Positions 10,125 through 19,116 of a stretch of DNA of 64,000 bases are shown here, in pieces; the first letter of the stretch is position 1, and each line of letters opens with the position of its first letter. The position numbers and the translations under genes are program-made. Source of the stretch: an uncultured Acidobacteriota bacterium (GTDB taxonomy: Bacteria; Acidobacteriota; Thermoanaerobaculia; UBA5066; Gp7-AA6); NCBI GenBank assembly GCA_963764715.1, contig CAVXTP010000021.1, positions 1 through 64,000 on the forward strand. The letters run 5' to 3'. The notes beneath the pieces were generated by a model, which was not told the origin of the DNA, searched no databases, and saw only the letters and a program-made list of their open reading frames with translations.

Positions 10125-11161
10125 CGCGGACTCCCGGACTTCATGACCCGATTCTTCCAGACCGCGTCGACGATGTCGCGCCTGGCCCGGCGCCAGCCTC
10201 CGAAGTCGGCGATGCGGAACGGATCCTGGATCACGCCGAACTCGGCGTGGCCGGCGTTGAGCTCGTCGTCGACGCTGCGAAAGCCGTAGCGCACGAAGAT
10301 GCGCTGGGCCTTCTCCGTCCACAGGAAGCGCGCGAAGGCATCGACGAGCGGCCGGGCGCGGGCCGGCACGTTGCGCTCGACGACGACGAGGGTGTGCTCC
10401 GACAGGATCGTGCGCGCAGGGTAGACGACGTCGGCGGCGAGCCGCCCGCGCCCCCGGTCGAAGATCGCCTCCTGCTCGTAGGTGATGAGCGCGTCGCCGA
10501 ACCCCTGCGAGAACTGGGTGCGCGCGGCGCGGGCCGAGGAGGCCTGGGCGACGACGTTCTTCCAGATGCCGGCGAGCATCGCCTCGCCCGCGCCCGGCCG
10601 GTCCGGCTCGGCCCGGGCGCCGGCACCGTACTCGGCGACGATCGCCCAGTTCGCGCCGCCCGAGGTCATCGGGTCCGGGTGCACGATGCGCGCGCGGCCG
10701 GAGGCGAGGTCGCCGAAGTCCCGGATGCCGAGGGGATTGCCGGGGCGCACGAGGACGACGAACGGCGTGAGGTTGACGACGCCTTCGTGGGGCAGGCGTT
10801 TCCAGCTTCCCGCGGACACGACGCCGGCGTCGGCCAGCCGTTCGGCGTCGCTCTCGAGAGACAGGAGGACGAGTTGCGCCGGAACGCCCAGGATGACCTG
10901 GTTCGTGACCGTGCCCGAGCCGCCGAACGACGAGATGAACTCGACGTCGCCGTGGCCGGCGTCCATCCACTCCTTCCGGAAGGCCGGGAAGATGCCGTCG
11001 TTCATCGCGTCGGCGAGGATGCTGAAGCCGTAGAAGACGATCGTCGGCGGGGTCGCCTCCGCGCGCGAAAAGGGCAGCCACGGCCACAGGGCCCAGACGA
11101 GGAGGGCCGCGAGAAAGACGAAGGGCGCCACGTCGCGCCGGCGCGGCGAAGGGGATCTCAT
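10121..11161 (-). CDS. Sulfate/thiosulfate ABC substrate-binding protein (Sbp/CysP family)
   Basis: SFGGSG, VRPGNPLGIRDFGDL, PDPMTSGGANW, GDALITYE. Confidence 0.9.
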   Translation of the reverse strand: MRSPSPRRRDVAPFVFLAALLVWALWPWLPFSRAEATPPTIVFYGFSILADAMNDGIFPAFRKEWMDAGHGDVEFISSFGGSGTVTNQVILGVPAQLVLLSLESDAERLADAGVVSAGSWKRLPHEGVVNLTPFVVLVRPGNPLGIRDFGDLASGRARIVHPDPMTSGGANWAIVAEYGAGARAEPDRPGAGEAMLAGIWKNVVAQASSARAARTQFSQGFGDALITYEQEAIFDRGRGRLAADVVYPARTILSEHTLVVVERNVPARARPLVDAFARFLWTEKAQRIFVRYGFRSVDDELNAGHAEFGVIQDPFRIADFGGWRRARRDIVDAVWKNRVMKSGSPR

Positions 11162-11214
11162 CGGGCGAGGCTCGATGCCACGGCGCGCCGAGGATATCGC
11201 CTTAGAATCCAGCC

Positions 11215-11610
11215 GTGAGCGAGGCCCGGGAGTTCCGCGTCAAGACCGCGCGCAAGATCGAACGCCTCGACATCACCAAACAGGTCGAGAGCGCCGCGAA
11301 GGCGCTCGGGCGCGACGGGGGAGCGCTGCTCGTCACGACCCCCCACACCACCGCGGCCGTGACGGTCGGGGAGGCCTGGGACCCGGACGTCACCGGCGAC
11401 ATCGAGCGGGCGCTCGACGCCTGGGTGCCGAACGTGCGGTTCGAGCACGGGGAGGGAAACGCGGCGGCGCATTTTCTTTCCGAGGCCATCGGCAACGCAC
11501 GGCTCGTGCCCCTGGAGAAGGGCCGGATCCTGCTCGGCCGCTGGCAGGGCCTCTTCCTGATCGAGCTCGACGGGCCGCGCGAGCGCACCGTGCGGGTCGC
11601 CGCGCTCTAG
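11215..11610 (+). CDS. YjbQ (UPF0047) family protein
   Basis: HTTAAVTVGE..DPDV, HGEGNAAAH, LGRWQGLFLIELDGPRER. Confidence 0.92.
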   Translation: MSEAREFRVKTARKIERLDITKQVESAAKALGRDGGALLVTTPHTTAAVTVGEAWDPDVTGDIERALDAWVPNVRFEHGEGNAAAHFLSEAIGNARLVPLEKGRILLGRWQGLFLIELDGPRERTVRVAAL

Positions 11611-12005
11611 CCGGGCGGCGCGAGCTCCCGCTCTTCCCGCGCGGTGTGCGCGTCCCAGCGGCGCGCGAGGTTGCCGAAGAGCCGTCGCGCCGCGTCGACG
11701 TCGCCTTCCTCCGCGAGCCGCCGCACGACCCCGGAGAGCTCGCGGATCTGGACGTGCTCGAGCCGCAGCTCGCGTCCCAGCCGCTCCGCCGCCGACTCGC
11801 CTTCGGCCGGCGCGAGGCCGTGGCCCGCGGGGCGGGGCAGCAGCTCCTCCTCCTCGAGCGCGGTGTGGCGGCGGAGCTCCTCGTCGAATGCGGCCATCGC
11901 TTCGCGCGCCGGCGCGAGCGCCCGCGCCTCGGCCGCGGCGAGAAACCGCCCGAGCAGCTCGTCGAGGCGCCGGTGCGCGTGCCGCATCTCCTCGAGCCGG
12001 CTCAT
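11607..12005 (-). CDS. Hemerythrin-like (HHE) domain protein
   Basis: HRRLD...HTALEEEELLP...LEHVQIR...HTAREERE pattern. Confidence 0.75.
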   Translation of the reverse strand: MSRLEEMRHAHRRLDELLGRFLAAAEARALAPAREAMAAFDEELRRHTALEEEELLPRPAGHGLAPAEGESAAERLGRELRLEHVQIRELSGVVRRLAEEGDVDAARRLFGNLARRWDAHTAREERELAPPG

Positions 12006-12033
12006 TGCCCGCAATTCTGGCACGGCGTGAACT

Positions 12034-13968
12034 GTGGCCGCGGAATACAATCGTCCGCATCGGAGGGTCAACCCCACGGTGGTACAGCCCGGCACGCTCC
12101 TCGAGGGAAAGTACGAAATCCTCGACAAGATCCGCGAGGGCGGCATGGGGTCCATCTACCGCGTGCGGCACCGCCTCCTCGAGGAAGTCCGGGTCGTCAA
12201 GGTGATGAAGCCGAGCGCCGGGGCCGACGCGGACCTGCGGCGGCGTTTCGTCGAGGAGGCGCGCACCGCGACGCGGCTCAAGCATCCCAACATCTGCACG
12301 ATTTACGATTTCGCGATCGACGACTCGGGTCTGGCGTACCTCGTCATGGAGTACATCGATGGTCCCAGCGTCGCCGACCTCCTCCGGCTCCAGGGACGGC
12401 CGGCCCTGCCCCTGGCGCTCGAGATCGCGCACCAGAGCCTGCTGGCCCTCGGATTCCTTCACCGCAAGGGAATCGTGCACCGCGACGTTGCGCCCGACAA
12501 CATCATGCTCACGCGCGACGAGCAGGGGCTGCCGCTCGTCAAGCTGATCGACCTGGGAATCGCCAAGGTCGCGGAGGGGCCGATCGAGGCGACCGCGACG
12601 GGCGTCTTCCTCGGAAAGCTCAAGTACGCCTCCCCGGAACAGTACGGCGCGCTGCCCAAGGGACAGCGCCTCGACGGGCGAAGCGACCTCTACGGACTCG
12701 GCATCGTTCTCTACGAGATCCTGACCGGGGTGCTGCCGTTCGAGGGCGACACGGTCGTCGAGCTCCTGCGCGCCCACGTCTTCGCGCCCCCGCGGCCGTT
12801 CTCGCAGTCCGACCCGGAGGGCCGGGTTCCCGCGGAGCTCCGCGGGGCGATCCTCAAGGCGCTGCAGAAGCGCCGGGAGGACCGCTACGCGACGGCCGAG
12901 GATTTCGGCCGCGAGATCCAGACGATCCGGGAGCGCCTCGTCCGCCCCGAGGACCTCGAGGCGACGCGGGCGGCCGTCGCAAAGCTCCGGCCGAGCCGGG
13001 AGATCCATGTGCTGTCGGCGACGCCGAGCGCTCAAAGCCTCCTCGATCGCCAGTTCGGCGTCTCCACGACTCCCACCCCCGCCCGCTCGACCGACAACGA
13101 TCTGACTGCGGCCGCTCCGGCGTCCGCCCCATGGCCGGGCCGCGAGGCCGACGTGCCGACCGTGCCGACCGAGCCCGGGCGGGTGCGCCGCCGGCCGGCG
13201 TGGCTCCTGCCCGCCGTTCTGCTGGTCGCGGCGGTGATCGCCGCCATCGCCGTGCTGTCGCGGTCGAAACGCGCCGAGGCGCCGCCCGTCCAGACCGCCG
13301 CCGCGCTCGCGACGCCGGCCGCCGTTCCAACGCTGCCCGAGCGGCCGACGGCCGAACCGTCCCCTCTCCCGACGGCCGAGCCGACGGCTGTGCCGCCGAC
13401 CCCTCCGCCGACCGCCGTCCCGACGAGCGGCGCACCTGCCCGATCGCGGGCGATCGTCGCGCACCCGACCGCTCCGGCGTCGCGGCCGGCCGCGGTGCCG
13501 TCCCCCGGTCTTCCCGCGTCGGTCCCGCCGCAGGCTCCGACGTCCGCGGCCGAAATCGTCCGCCTGCCGTCGCCCGTCCCCGCGGTCCCGACCGAGTCAC
13601 AGCGGGCCGCGGTCGCGGCGCCCTCGCCCTCCGCCCGGCCCGCCCCGACGGACTCGGACCGCCTGCGCGAGGCGGTCCGCCTCTACGAGACGGCGCAGAA
13701 CACGCTCAATCCGGATCTCTACGTTCGCGTCTTCCCGGGCGTCGACCGGTCGCGGGTTCAGGAGGCCTTCGGCAACTTCCGTTCGCAGACGGTCGAGTTC
13801 GAGATCCGGAAGATCGAGATCGATCCGCGCGGCCAGTCGGCGGTCGTCTCCGGGTTCGAGTCGCGCCTGGCCGTTCCCAAGGCGGGCAACGAGCAGCGCG
13901 TGAACTCGGACCGCGTCCTGCACTTCGAGAAGCGCGGCGAGACCTGGGTCATCACGTCCGTCCGCTGA
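12034..13968 (+). CDS. Membrane Ser/Thr protein kinase with Pro-rich linker and small extracytoplasmic domain
   Basis: GGMGSIY, VVK, HRDVAPDN, DLG, YASPEQ, SDLYGLG, one TM helix. Confidence 0.93.
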   Translation: MAAEYNRPHRRVNPTVVQPGTLLEGKYEILDKIREGGMGSIYRVRHRLLEEVRVVKVMKPSAGADADLRRRFVEEARTATRLKHPNICTIYDFAIDDSGLAYLVMEYIDGPSVADLLRLQGRPALPLALEIAHQSLLALGFLHRKGIVHRDVAPDNIMLTRDEQGLPLVKLIDLGIAKVAEGPIEATATGVFLGKLKYASPEQYGALPKGQRLDGRSDLYGLGIVLYEILTGVLPFEGDTVVELLRAHVFAPPRPFSQSDPEGRVPAELRGAILKALQKRREDRYATAEDFGREIQTIRERLVRPEDLEATRAAVAKLRPSREIHVLSATPSAQSLLDRQFGVSTTPTPARSTDNDLTAAAPASAPWPGREADVPTVPTEPGRVRRRPAWLLPAVLLVAAVIAAIAVLSRSKRAEAPPVQTAAALATPAAVPTLPERPTAEPSPLPTAEPTAVPPTPPPTAVPTSGAPARSRAIVAHPTAPASRPAAVPSPGLPASVPPQAPTSAAEIVRLPSPVPAVPTESQRAAVAAPSPSARPAPTDSDRLREAVRLYETAQNTLNPDLYVRVFPGVDRSRVQEAFGNFRSQTVEFEIRKIEIDPRGQSAVVSGFESRLAVPKAGNEQRVNSDRVLHFEKRGETWVITSVR

Positions 13969-13989
13969 CGTCCCGAGACCGAGAACGCC

Positions 13990-15325
13990 CTAGAAGCTGT
14001 AGTCGATCGCGACGAGCGGCGTGAACCCGTCGAGCAGGCCCTGGCTGTTGAGCGGGAAGAGCCCGTTGAGCGTCAGGAGGAAGTTGCCGAACGGATTGAT
14101 CTTGACGCCGACGGAGCCGAGGAGCTGGTTGATGTCGCCCGTCGAGGTCACGAGCCGCGGCAGCACCGCCGAGACGATGGTGGGCGGGGCGGTCGGGATC
14201 CGGGTTGGTGTTCGCCTGGAATTGCGTGTTCTCGACGTGGATGCTCTGCGTGTCGAGGAACGTGCGGCCGATCACGTCGACCGCGAGCGTGAACCGCGGA
14301 CCGATCGCCCAGTCGAAACCGCCCGTGTAGTTGAACTCGTCGGCGACCTGGGGATCGCCCGAGGACTCGATCGACCAGGTGTAGCCGACGTTCAGGTGCG
14401 GCGAGAAGGAGCCGAGGTGCGCGGAGCCGACGATGAACGGCTTGATCTGCGTGACGCCGGTGCCGAGCAGGTCCCGCTCGTCGCCGGTCGGAAGGCGGGC
14501 ATCGACCGCGAGGGCGACTCCGGCCTTCGGGCTCGAGACGAAGCGGTACTTCGCGCGCAGGACCACGTCGCCCAGGCCCGAGGCGCTGCCGCTCTGCCGG
14601 AACGTCTCCGTGCTCTCACCGTTCTGGAAGCGGTGGATGGTCGGCGCCGTCGGCCCGGTCGCGAGGCGATCGATCGCGGCGTCCGTCTGGGCGTCGATGT
14701 CCACGCTCACGATGGGGATCGCGAAGCCGACGTCGAGGTTGTCGAGGATGCCGTAGTCGAAGACGAGCGCCGCGATGTCGGTCTTGATTTTCACGCTCAA
14801 GGCCGCGGTGATCACGTCGCCCTCGACGAAGGTCTCGAGGTTCGAGCCGTCGTGGTTGACGTCCTGGTGCGTGAAAACGAGCCGCACGTCGCCGTCCGGC
14901 AGGGACAGGCCATTGATCTCGTCGAAGGTGAAGTGGCTGTAGTTGAGGCCGAGGTTGAACCGTCCCTTGCCGATCGTGTCGGCGCGCTCGGCGTAGATGG
15001 GGCCGAAGCTTTCGGTCGCGCGCGTCAACACGCCGAGCGCCGGGTCGAACTGGTAAACGAAGCCGCCGGACGAGGACGCGAGCGGGAAGGACGAGAGTTG
15101 TGTCGCGATCTGCGAGCTGAACTCCTGGAGCGCCAGGAACTGGGGCGACTCGTCGCCGATGAAGTGAGTCTCGTGGCTCGGGAAACCCTCGGGCGGCGGC
15201 GCCAGCGTGATTCCCTGGCGGAGGAAGTCCGTGAGGAGATCGCGCAGGTGGAAGCTCTGCGCGGAGAGCGGCGATGCGACGGCGGCGAACAGAAGGGCGG
15301 CAGCGGAGAGACGGGTGAAACGCAT
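13990..15325 (-). CDS. Putative outer-membrane beta-barrel/transporter protein with a frameshift near 14190
   Basis: Signal peptide MRFTRLSAAALLF, GLGDVVLRAKY and RLPTGDE motifs. Another frame continues ...GVKINPFGNFLLTLNGLFPL...PLVAIDYSF*, ending in Phe as barrels typically do. Confidence 0.75.
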
Positions 15326-15433
15326 CGGCTTCCCTCCCGAGAATGGCGTGAGCGAAAGACTATGGACGTCCGGGCGCGCGGTCAAGGCGCGATTTTGCGG
15401 ATTCCCCTTTCGCGAACGGGAGACAATGGCGGC

Positions 15434-15877
15434 ATGAGAAACGCTGGTCGAATCGCCGCCCTCGTCCTGGTCGCCGCCTTCCTCGGCTGCGCGAAGCCGG
15501 CCGACCCGGTGCAGGCCACGATCGACGCGGTCGTGAAGGCCGCCAACGCCCGCGACGCGGACGCGCTGATACAGCGGGTGGCTCCCGACTTCGAGGCGGG
15601 CGACGGGACCGGCCGGAACGAAATCGAGGCGAGACTCAAGGGCTACTTCCAGGCCTACGAGATCCTGCACGTGCAGGTCTCGAACGTCCAGATCGAGCGG
15701 AGCGAGGCCGCGGCGCGGGTCCGCCTGCGGGCGGAGATGAACGGCCAGCCCCGCTCGATCGGCGGCCTCGGGGGCCTCGTGCCCTCCGCAGCGAAGTACG
15801 ACTTCGACCTGCGGCTCGTCCGCGAGGGGAAGGAGTGGAAGCTCGCCTTCGCCGGCTGGCAGCCCGTCGCGGGCTGA
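15434..15877 (+). CDS. NTF2/SnoaL-like fold lipoprotein
   Basis: Lipobox FLGC; AANARDADAL...APDF...LVREGKEWKL. Confidence 0.7.
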   Translation: MRNAGRIAALVLVAAFLGCAKPADPVQATIDAVVKAANARDADALIQRVAPDFEAGDGTGRNEIEARLKGYFQAYEILHVQVSNVQIERSEAAARVRLRAEMNGQPRSIGGLGGLVPSAAKYDFDLRLVREGKEWKLAFAGWQPVAG

Positions 15878-15891
15878 TTCGGCGGGCCGGT

Positions 15892-15920
15892 TTGACTCCC
15901 CGGCGGAATGTCCTTATCCT
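15892..15920 (+). promoter_or_regulatory. sigma70 promoter of tRNA-Asn
   Basis: TTGACT-N17-TATCCT, 16 nt upstream of the tRNA. Confidence 0.7.
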
Positions 15921-15936
15921 TCCCGGTCCGCTCTGC

Positions 15937-16011
15937 TCCTCAGTAGCTCAATGGCAGAGCATCCGGCTGTTAACCGGAGGGTTGTAGGTTCAAATCCTAC
16001 CTGAGGAGCCA
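15937..16011 (+). tRNA. tRNA-Asn (GTT)
   Basis: Acceptor stem TCCTCAG/CTGAGGA, D-arm, anticodon arm TCCGG-CTGTTAA-CCGGA, T-loop GTTCAAAT, encoded CCA. Confidence 0.98.
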
Positions 16012-16066
16012 TTCTCCCCGCACGCTCTTCTGCGCGATGCCGGTATAAAATTCGACCAAAGATCGG

Positions 16067-18724
16067 ATGACGCTTCTGTCGGGAACACGTCTCGGCACCT
16101 ACGAGATCCTCGCGCCCCTCGGAGCGGGAGGTATGGGCGAGGTCTACCGGGCACACGACCCGAAGTTGAAGCGCGACGTTGCGGTCAAGGTCCTGCCTCA
16201 GACGGTTGCCGCGGATCCGGACGCGCTGGGGCGGTTCGAGAGGGAGGCCCTCGCGGTTGCGGCGCTCTCGCATCCGAACATCCTCGCGATCTTCGATTTC
16301 GGGATGCATGAGGGGACGGCCTACGCCGTCATGGAGCTTCTGGAAGGCGAGACGCTTCGCGGAAAGCTCGACACCGGTCCGATTGCGCAGAAGCAAGCTG
16401 TGGATTACGCGCTCCAAATCGCCAGGGGTCTTTCCGCCGCGCACGAGAAAGGCATCGTCCACCGGGACCTGAAGCCCGAGAACCTGTTCGTGTCGAAGGA
16501 CGGCCACGTCAAGATCCTGGACTTCGGACTGGCGAAAAAAGTCGAGGCGGTCGCCCCGCAGGAGCAGACGAGCGCACCGACGGGCTCGGGCCACACGGAG
16601 CCCGGGACGGTGATGGGGACGATGGGTTACATGTCGCCCGAGCAGGTGAAAGGGCTCCCCGTGGATCACCGCTCGGACATCTTCTCCTTCGGGGCGATCC
16701 TCTACGAGCTGCTCTCCGGGAAGAAGGCGTTTCGACGGGATACGAACGCCGAGACGATGGCGGCGATCCTGATGCAGGAGCCGGTGGAGCTGGCGCAGTC
16801 GGGGCGGAACATCTCGCCGGCGCTGGACCACATTGTCAAGCACTGTCTGGAGAAGGACAGGGAGAACCGCTTTCAGACGGCGAAGGATGTGGCGTTCAAC
16901 CTCTCGGAGCAGTCGTCGTCGAGCGTGGTGAGCGGCGCGAGCGGCGTGCATGTTGCCGCGCCACCCGCTCGCAAAAGCAGGGTTCTTGTCGCTGCAGCGG
17001 CCATCGTCGTTCTGGCCGCCGCGGGTGTTTTTCTCCTGCGGCGCCCGCACGGGGGCGGGGGCGGGGGCGAGGCCGGGGGCGTCAAGCGCGTGGCCGTGTT
17101 GCCGTTCGAAAACCTCGGTGCTCCCGAGGACGACTACTTCGCCGACGGCGTCGCGGACGAGATACGAGGCAAGCTGACCTCCTTGCCGGGGCTTCAGGTG
17201 ATCGCCCGAGGCAGCTCAACCCCCTACAAGAAAACGGCCAAGACACCGAAGCAGATCGCCGAGGAGTTGAACGTTTCGTACCTCCTCACGGCCACGGTGC
17301 GCTGGGAGAAGAGCCCAGGCGCGAACCGTGTCCACGTGAGTCCAGAGCTCGTGGACGTGACGCGACCGGATGCGCCCACGTCCAAGTGGCAGCGGCCGTT
17401 CGACGCGGCGATTACGGATGTGTTTTCCGTGCAGTCGGAGATCGCGACGAAGGTGGCGCAGGCGCTGGGCGGCGCGCTCGGGGCGGGCGAGGAGAAGCGG
17501 CTCTCGGAGAAGCCCACGCAGAACCTCGCCGCCTACGACGCCTTCCTGAAGGGCGAGGAGATCTCGAATCTCGCATCTGGCGATCCGCCCAGTCTGCGCA
17601 AGGAGATCGGCTTCTACGAGCAGGCCGTGGCGCTGGATCCCGGCTTTGCGCAGGCGTGGGCGGAGCTCTCGGAAGCCAATTCGCTTTTGTACGCCAATAG
17701 CACTCCCATACCCGCGCTGGCGGAACGTGCCCGGCAGGCGGGTGAGAAGGCCGTCGCCCTTGCACCGAACCGCCCGAAGGGGTACTTGGCCCTTGGCAAC
17801 TACGAGCGGTCGGTTTCCCGTGACTACACGCGGGCCCTGGAGCAGTACGAGAAGGGGCTGCGCATTGCCCCCGGCGATGCCTCCGTTCTCAGGGCAACGT
17901 CGCTTGCAGAGCAGGGCCTCGGACGGTGGGATTCATCGGTGGAGCACATCAGGCAGGCGGTGCTCCTCGATCCCCGGTCCGCCAACAGTCTGTCGGTCCT
18001 CGGCGAGGCATTCCTGCGTCTGCGGCGCTATCCCGAGGCGCGGGAGGCCTGCGACCGAGGTCTCGCGCTTGCGCCGGCCAACCCCTATCTCATCGAGCGG
18101 AAAGCCATGACTTACCTCGGCGAAGGAGACCTGACCAGTGCCCGGGCCGTGCTCAAGGCCACTCCCAGGGAGTTCGAGCCGACCGCGCTCGTGGCGTACA
18201 TGGCGAGCTACGAGGATCTCGTCTGGGTCCTCGACGAGGAGCAGAGAGAGCTTCTGCTGCGGCTGACGCCGAGCGCGTTCGACGACGACAGGGGCACCTG
18301 GGCCCTCTGCCTCCTTCAGGCTTATGCCTTGAAGGGCGATGCCGCAAACGTGCACACCTACGCCGAAGAGGCAAGGAAGGCGTTCGAGGAGCAGCTTGGA
18401 GCCGCGCCCAATGATGCGCAGCTCCACGTCGAACTCGGCCTCGCGCTGGCGTACCTCGGTCGGAAGGAGGAAGCGATCCGGGAGGGCGAGCGCGGGGTCG
18501 CGCTCGATCCTGTGACGAAGGACGCTCGGTACGGTCCCTACTACCAGCACCAGCTCGCGCGGATCTACATGCTGGTCGGCGAGCCGGAGAAGGCTCTCGA
18601 CCGGCTCGAGCCGCTGCTGAAGATCCCGTACTTCCTCTCGCCCGGCTGGCTCAAGATCGATCCCAACTTCGACCCGTTGCGCAAGAACCCACGGTTCGAG
18701 AAGGTCGTCGCTGGCGGGAAGTAG
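16067..18724 (+). CDS. Ser/Thr kinase - TM - TolB-N-like domain - TPR repeats
   Basis: GAGGMGEVY, HRDLKPEN, DFG, YMSPEQ, VAVLPFENL..DYFADG, TPRs, C-terminal DPNFDPLRKNPRF. Confidence 0.95.
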   Translation: MTLLSGTRLGTYEILAPLGAGGMGEVYRAHDPKLKRDVAVKVLPQTVAADPDALGRFEREALAVAALSHPNILAIFDFGMHEGTAYAVMELLEGETLRGKLDTGPIAQKQAVDYALQIARGLSAAHEKGIVHRDLKPENLFVSKDGHVKILDFGLAKKVEAVAPQEQTSAPTGSGHTEPGTVMGTMGYMSPEQVKGLPVDHRSDIFSFGAILYELLSGKKAFRRDTNAETMAAILMQEPVELAQSGRNISPALDHIVKHCLEKDRENRFQTAKDVAFNLSEQSSSSVVSGASGVHVAAPPARKSRVLVAAAAIVVLAAAGVFLLRRPHGGGGGGEAGGVKRVAVLPFENLGAPEDDYFADGVADEIRGKLTSLPGLQVIARGSSTPYKKTAKTPKQIAEELNVSYLLTATVRWEKSPGANRVHVSPELVDVTRPDAPTSKWQRPFDAAITDVFSVQSEIATKVAQALGGALGAGEEKRLSEKPTQNLAAYDAFLKGEEISNLASGDPPSLRKEIGFYEQAVALDPGFAQAWAELSEANSLLYANSTPIPALAERARQAGEKAVALAPNRPKGYLALGNYERSVSRDYTRALEQYEKGLRIAPGDASVLRATSLAEQGLGRWDSSVEHIRQAVLLDPRSANSLSVLGEAFLRLRRYPEAREACDRGLALAPANPYLIERKAMTYLGEGDLTSARAVLKATPREFEPTALVAYMASYEDLVWVLDEEQRELLLRLTPSAFDDDRGTWALCLLQAYALKGDAANVHTYAEEARKAFEEQLGAAPNDAQLHVELGLALAYLGRKEEAIREGERGVALDPVTKDARYGPYYQHQLARIYMLVGEPEKALDRLEPLLKIPYFLSPGWLKIDPNFDPLRKNPRFEKVVAGGK

Positions 18725-18731
18725 CCCCACC

Positions 18732-18812
18732 TCAAAGGCTGTCGCGCAGGCGCCCCAATTCTCGCAGCCAGCCCCCGAAAAGGTTCCAACTGGGAACTGT
18801 GTGGGGAGCCAT
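18732..18812. repeat. att-like repeat, copy 1 (arm plus tRNA-Asn 3' core)
   Basis: 36 bp (18763-18798) identical to 22045-22080, then 3 variable nt and TGGGGAGCCA. The antisense strand reads MAPHTVPSWNLFGGWLRELGRLRDSL*. Confidence 0.9.
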
Positions 18813-18865
18813 TACTCCCCGCTCTCATCCTCGGGAGTAACGCGGTTAGAAATTCGCCCAGTCGG

Positions 18866-18992
18866 ATTACGCTTTCAGCCGGCACCCTCCTGGGCCCATG
18901 CGAGATTCTCGCGCCTCTTGGCGCGGTGGGAGGGAGGATGTGTACCGGGCGAAGAATGAGGAGAGGTCCAGGCCGGGGCGATCAAGATCGTG
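18866..18992 (+). pseudogene. 5' relic of a kinase gene related to 16067..18724
   Basis: ATT ACG CTT TCA GCC GGC ACC CTC CTG GGC CCA TGC GAG ATT CTC GCG CCT CTT GGC reads (M)TLSAGTLLGPCEILAPLG, matching MTLLSGTRLGTYEILAPLG. Decayed VYRA and AIKI follow. Confidence 0.85.
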
Positions 18993-19116
18993 CTATCGCG
19001 TATCAACGCCTTCGCTTGAGCCACGGCCCCACCTATTGGTTGTTGGCCGGCAGGTTTTTGGCGAACCTCCGCTTTTCCCGATCATGCAGGAATAGAATCG
19101 CGATGTAGCTTGCCTC

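Noticed and set aside
15914-17050. Minus-strand 378-aa ORF ending in MAPQVGFEPTT as a possible integrase
   Set aside because: It is the antisense of the kinase and the tRNA and has no recombinase motifs.
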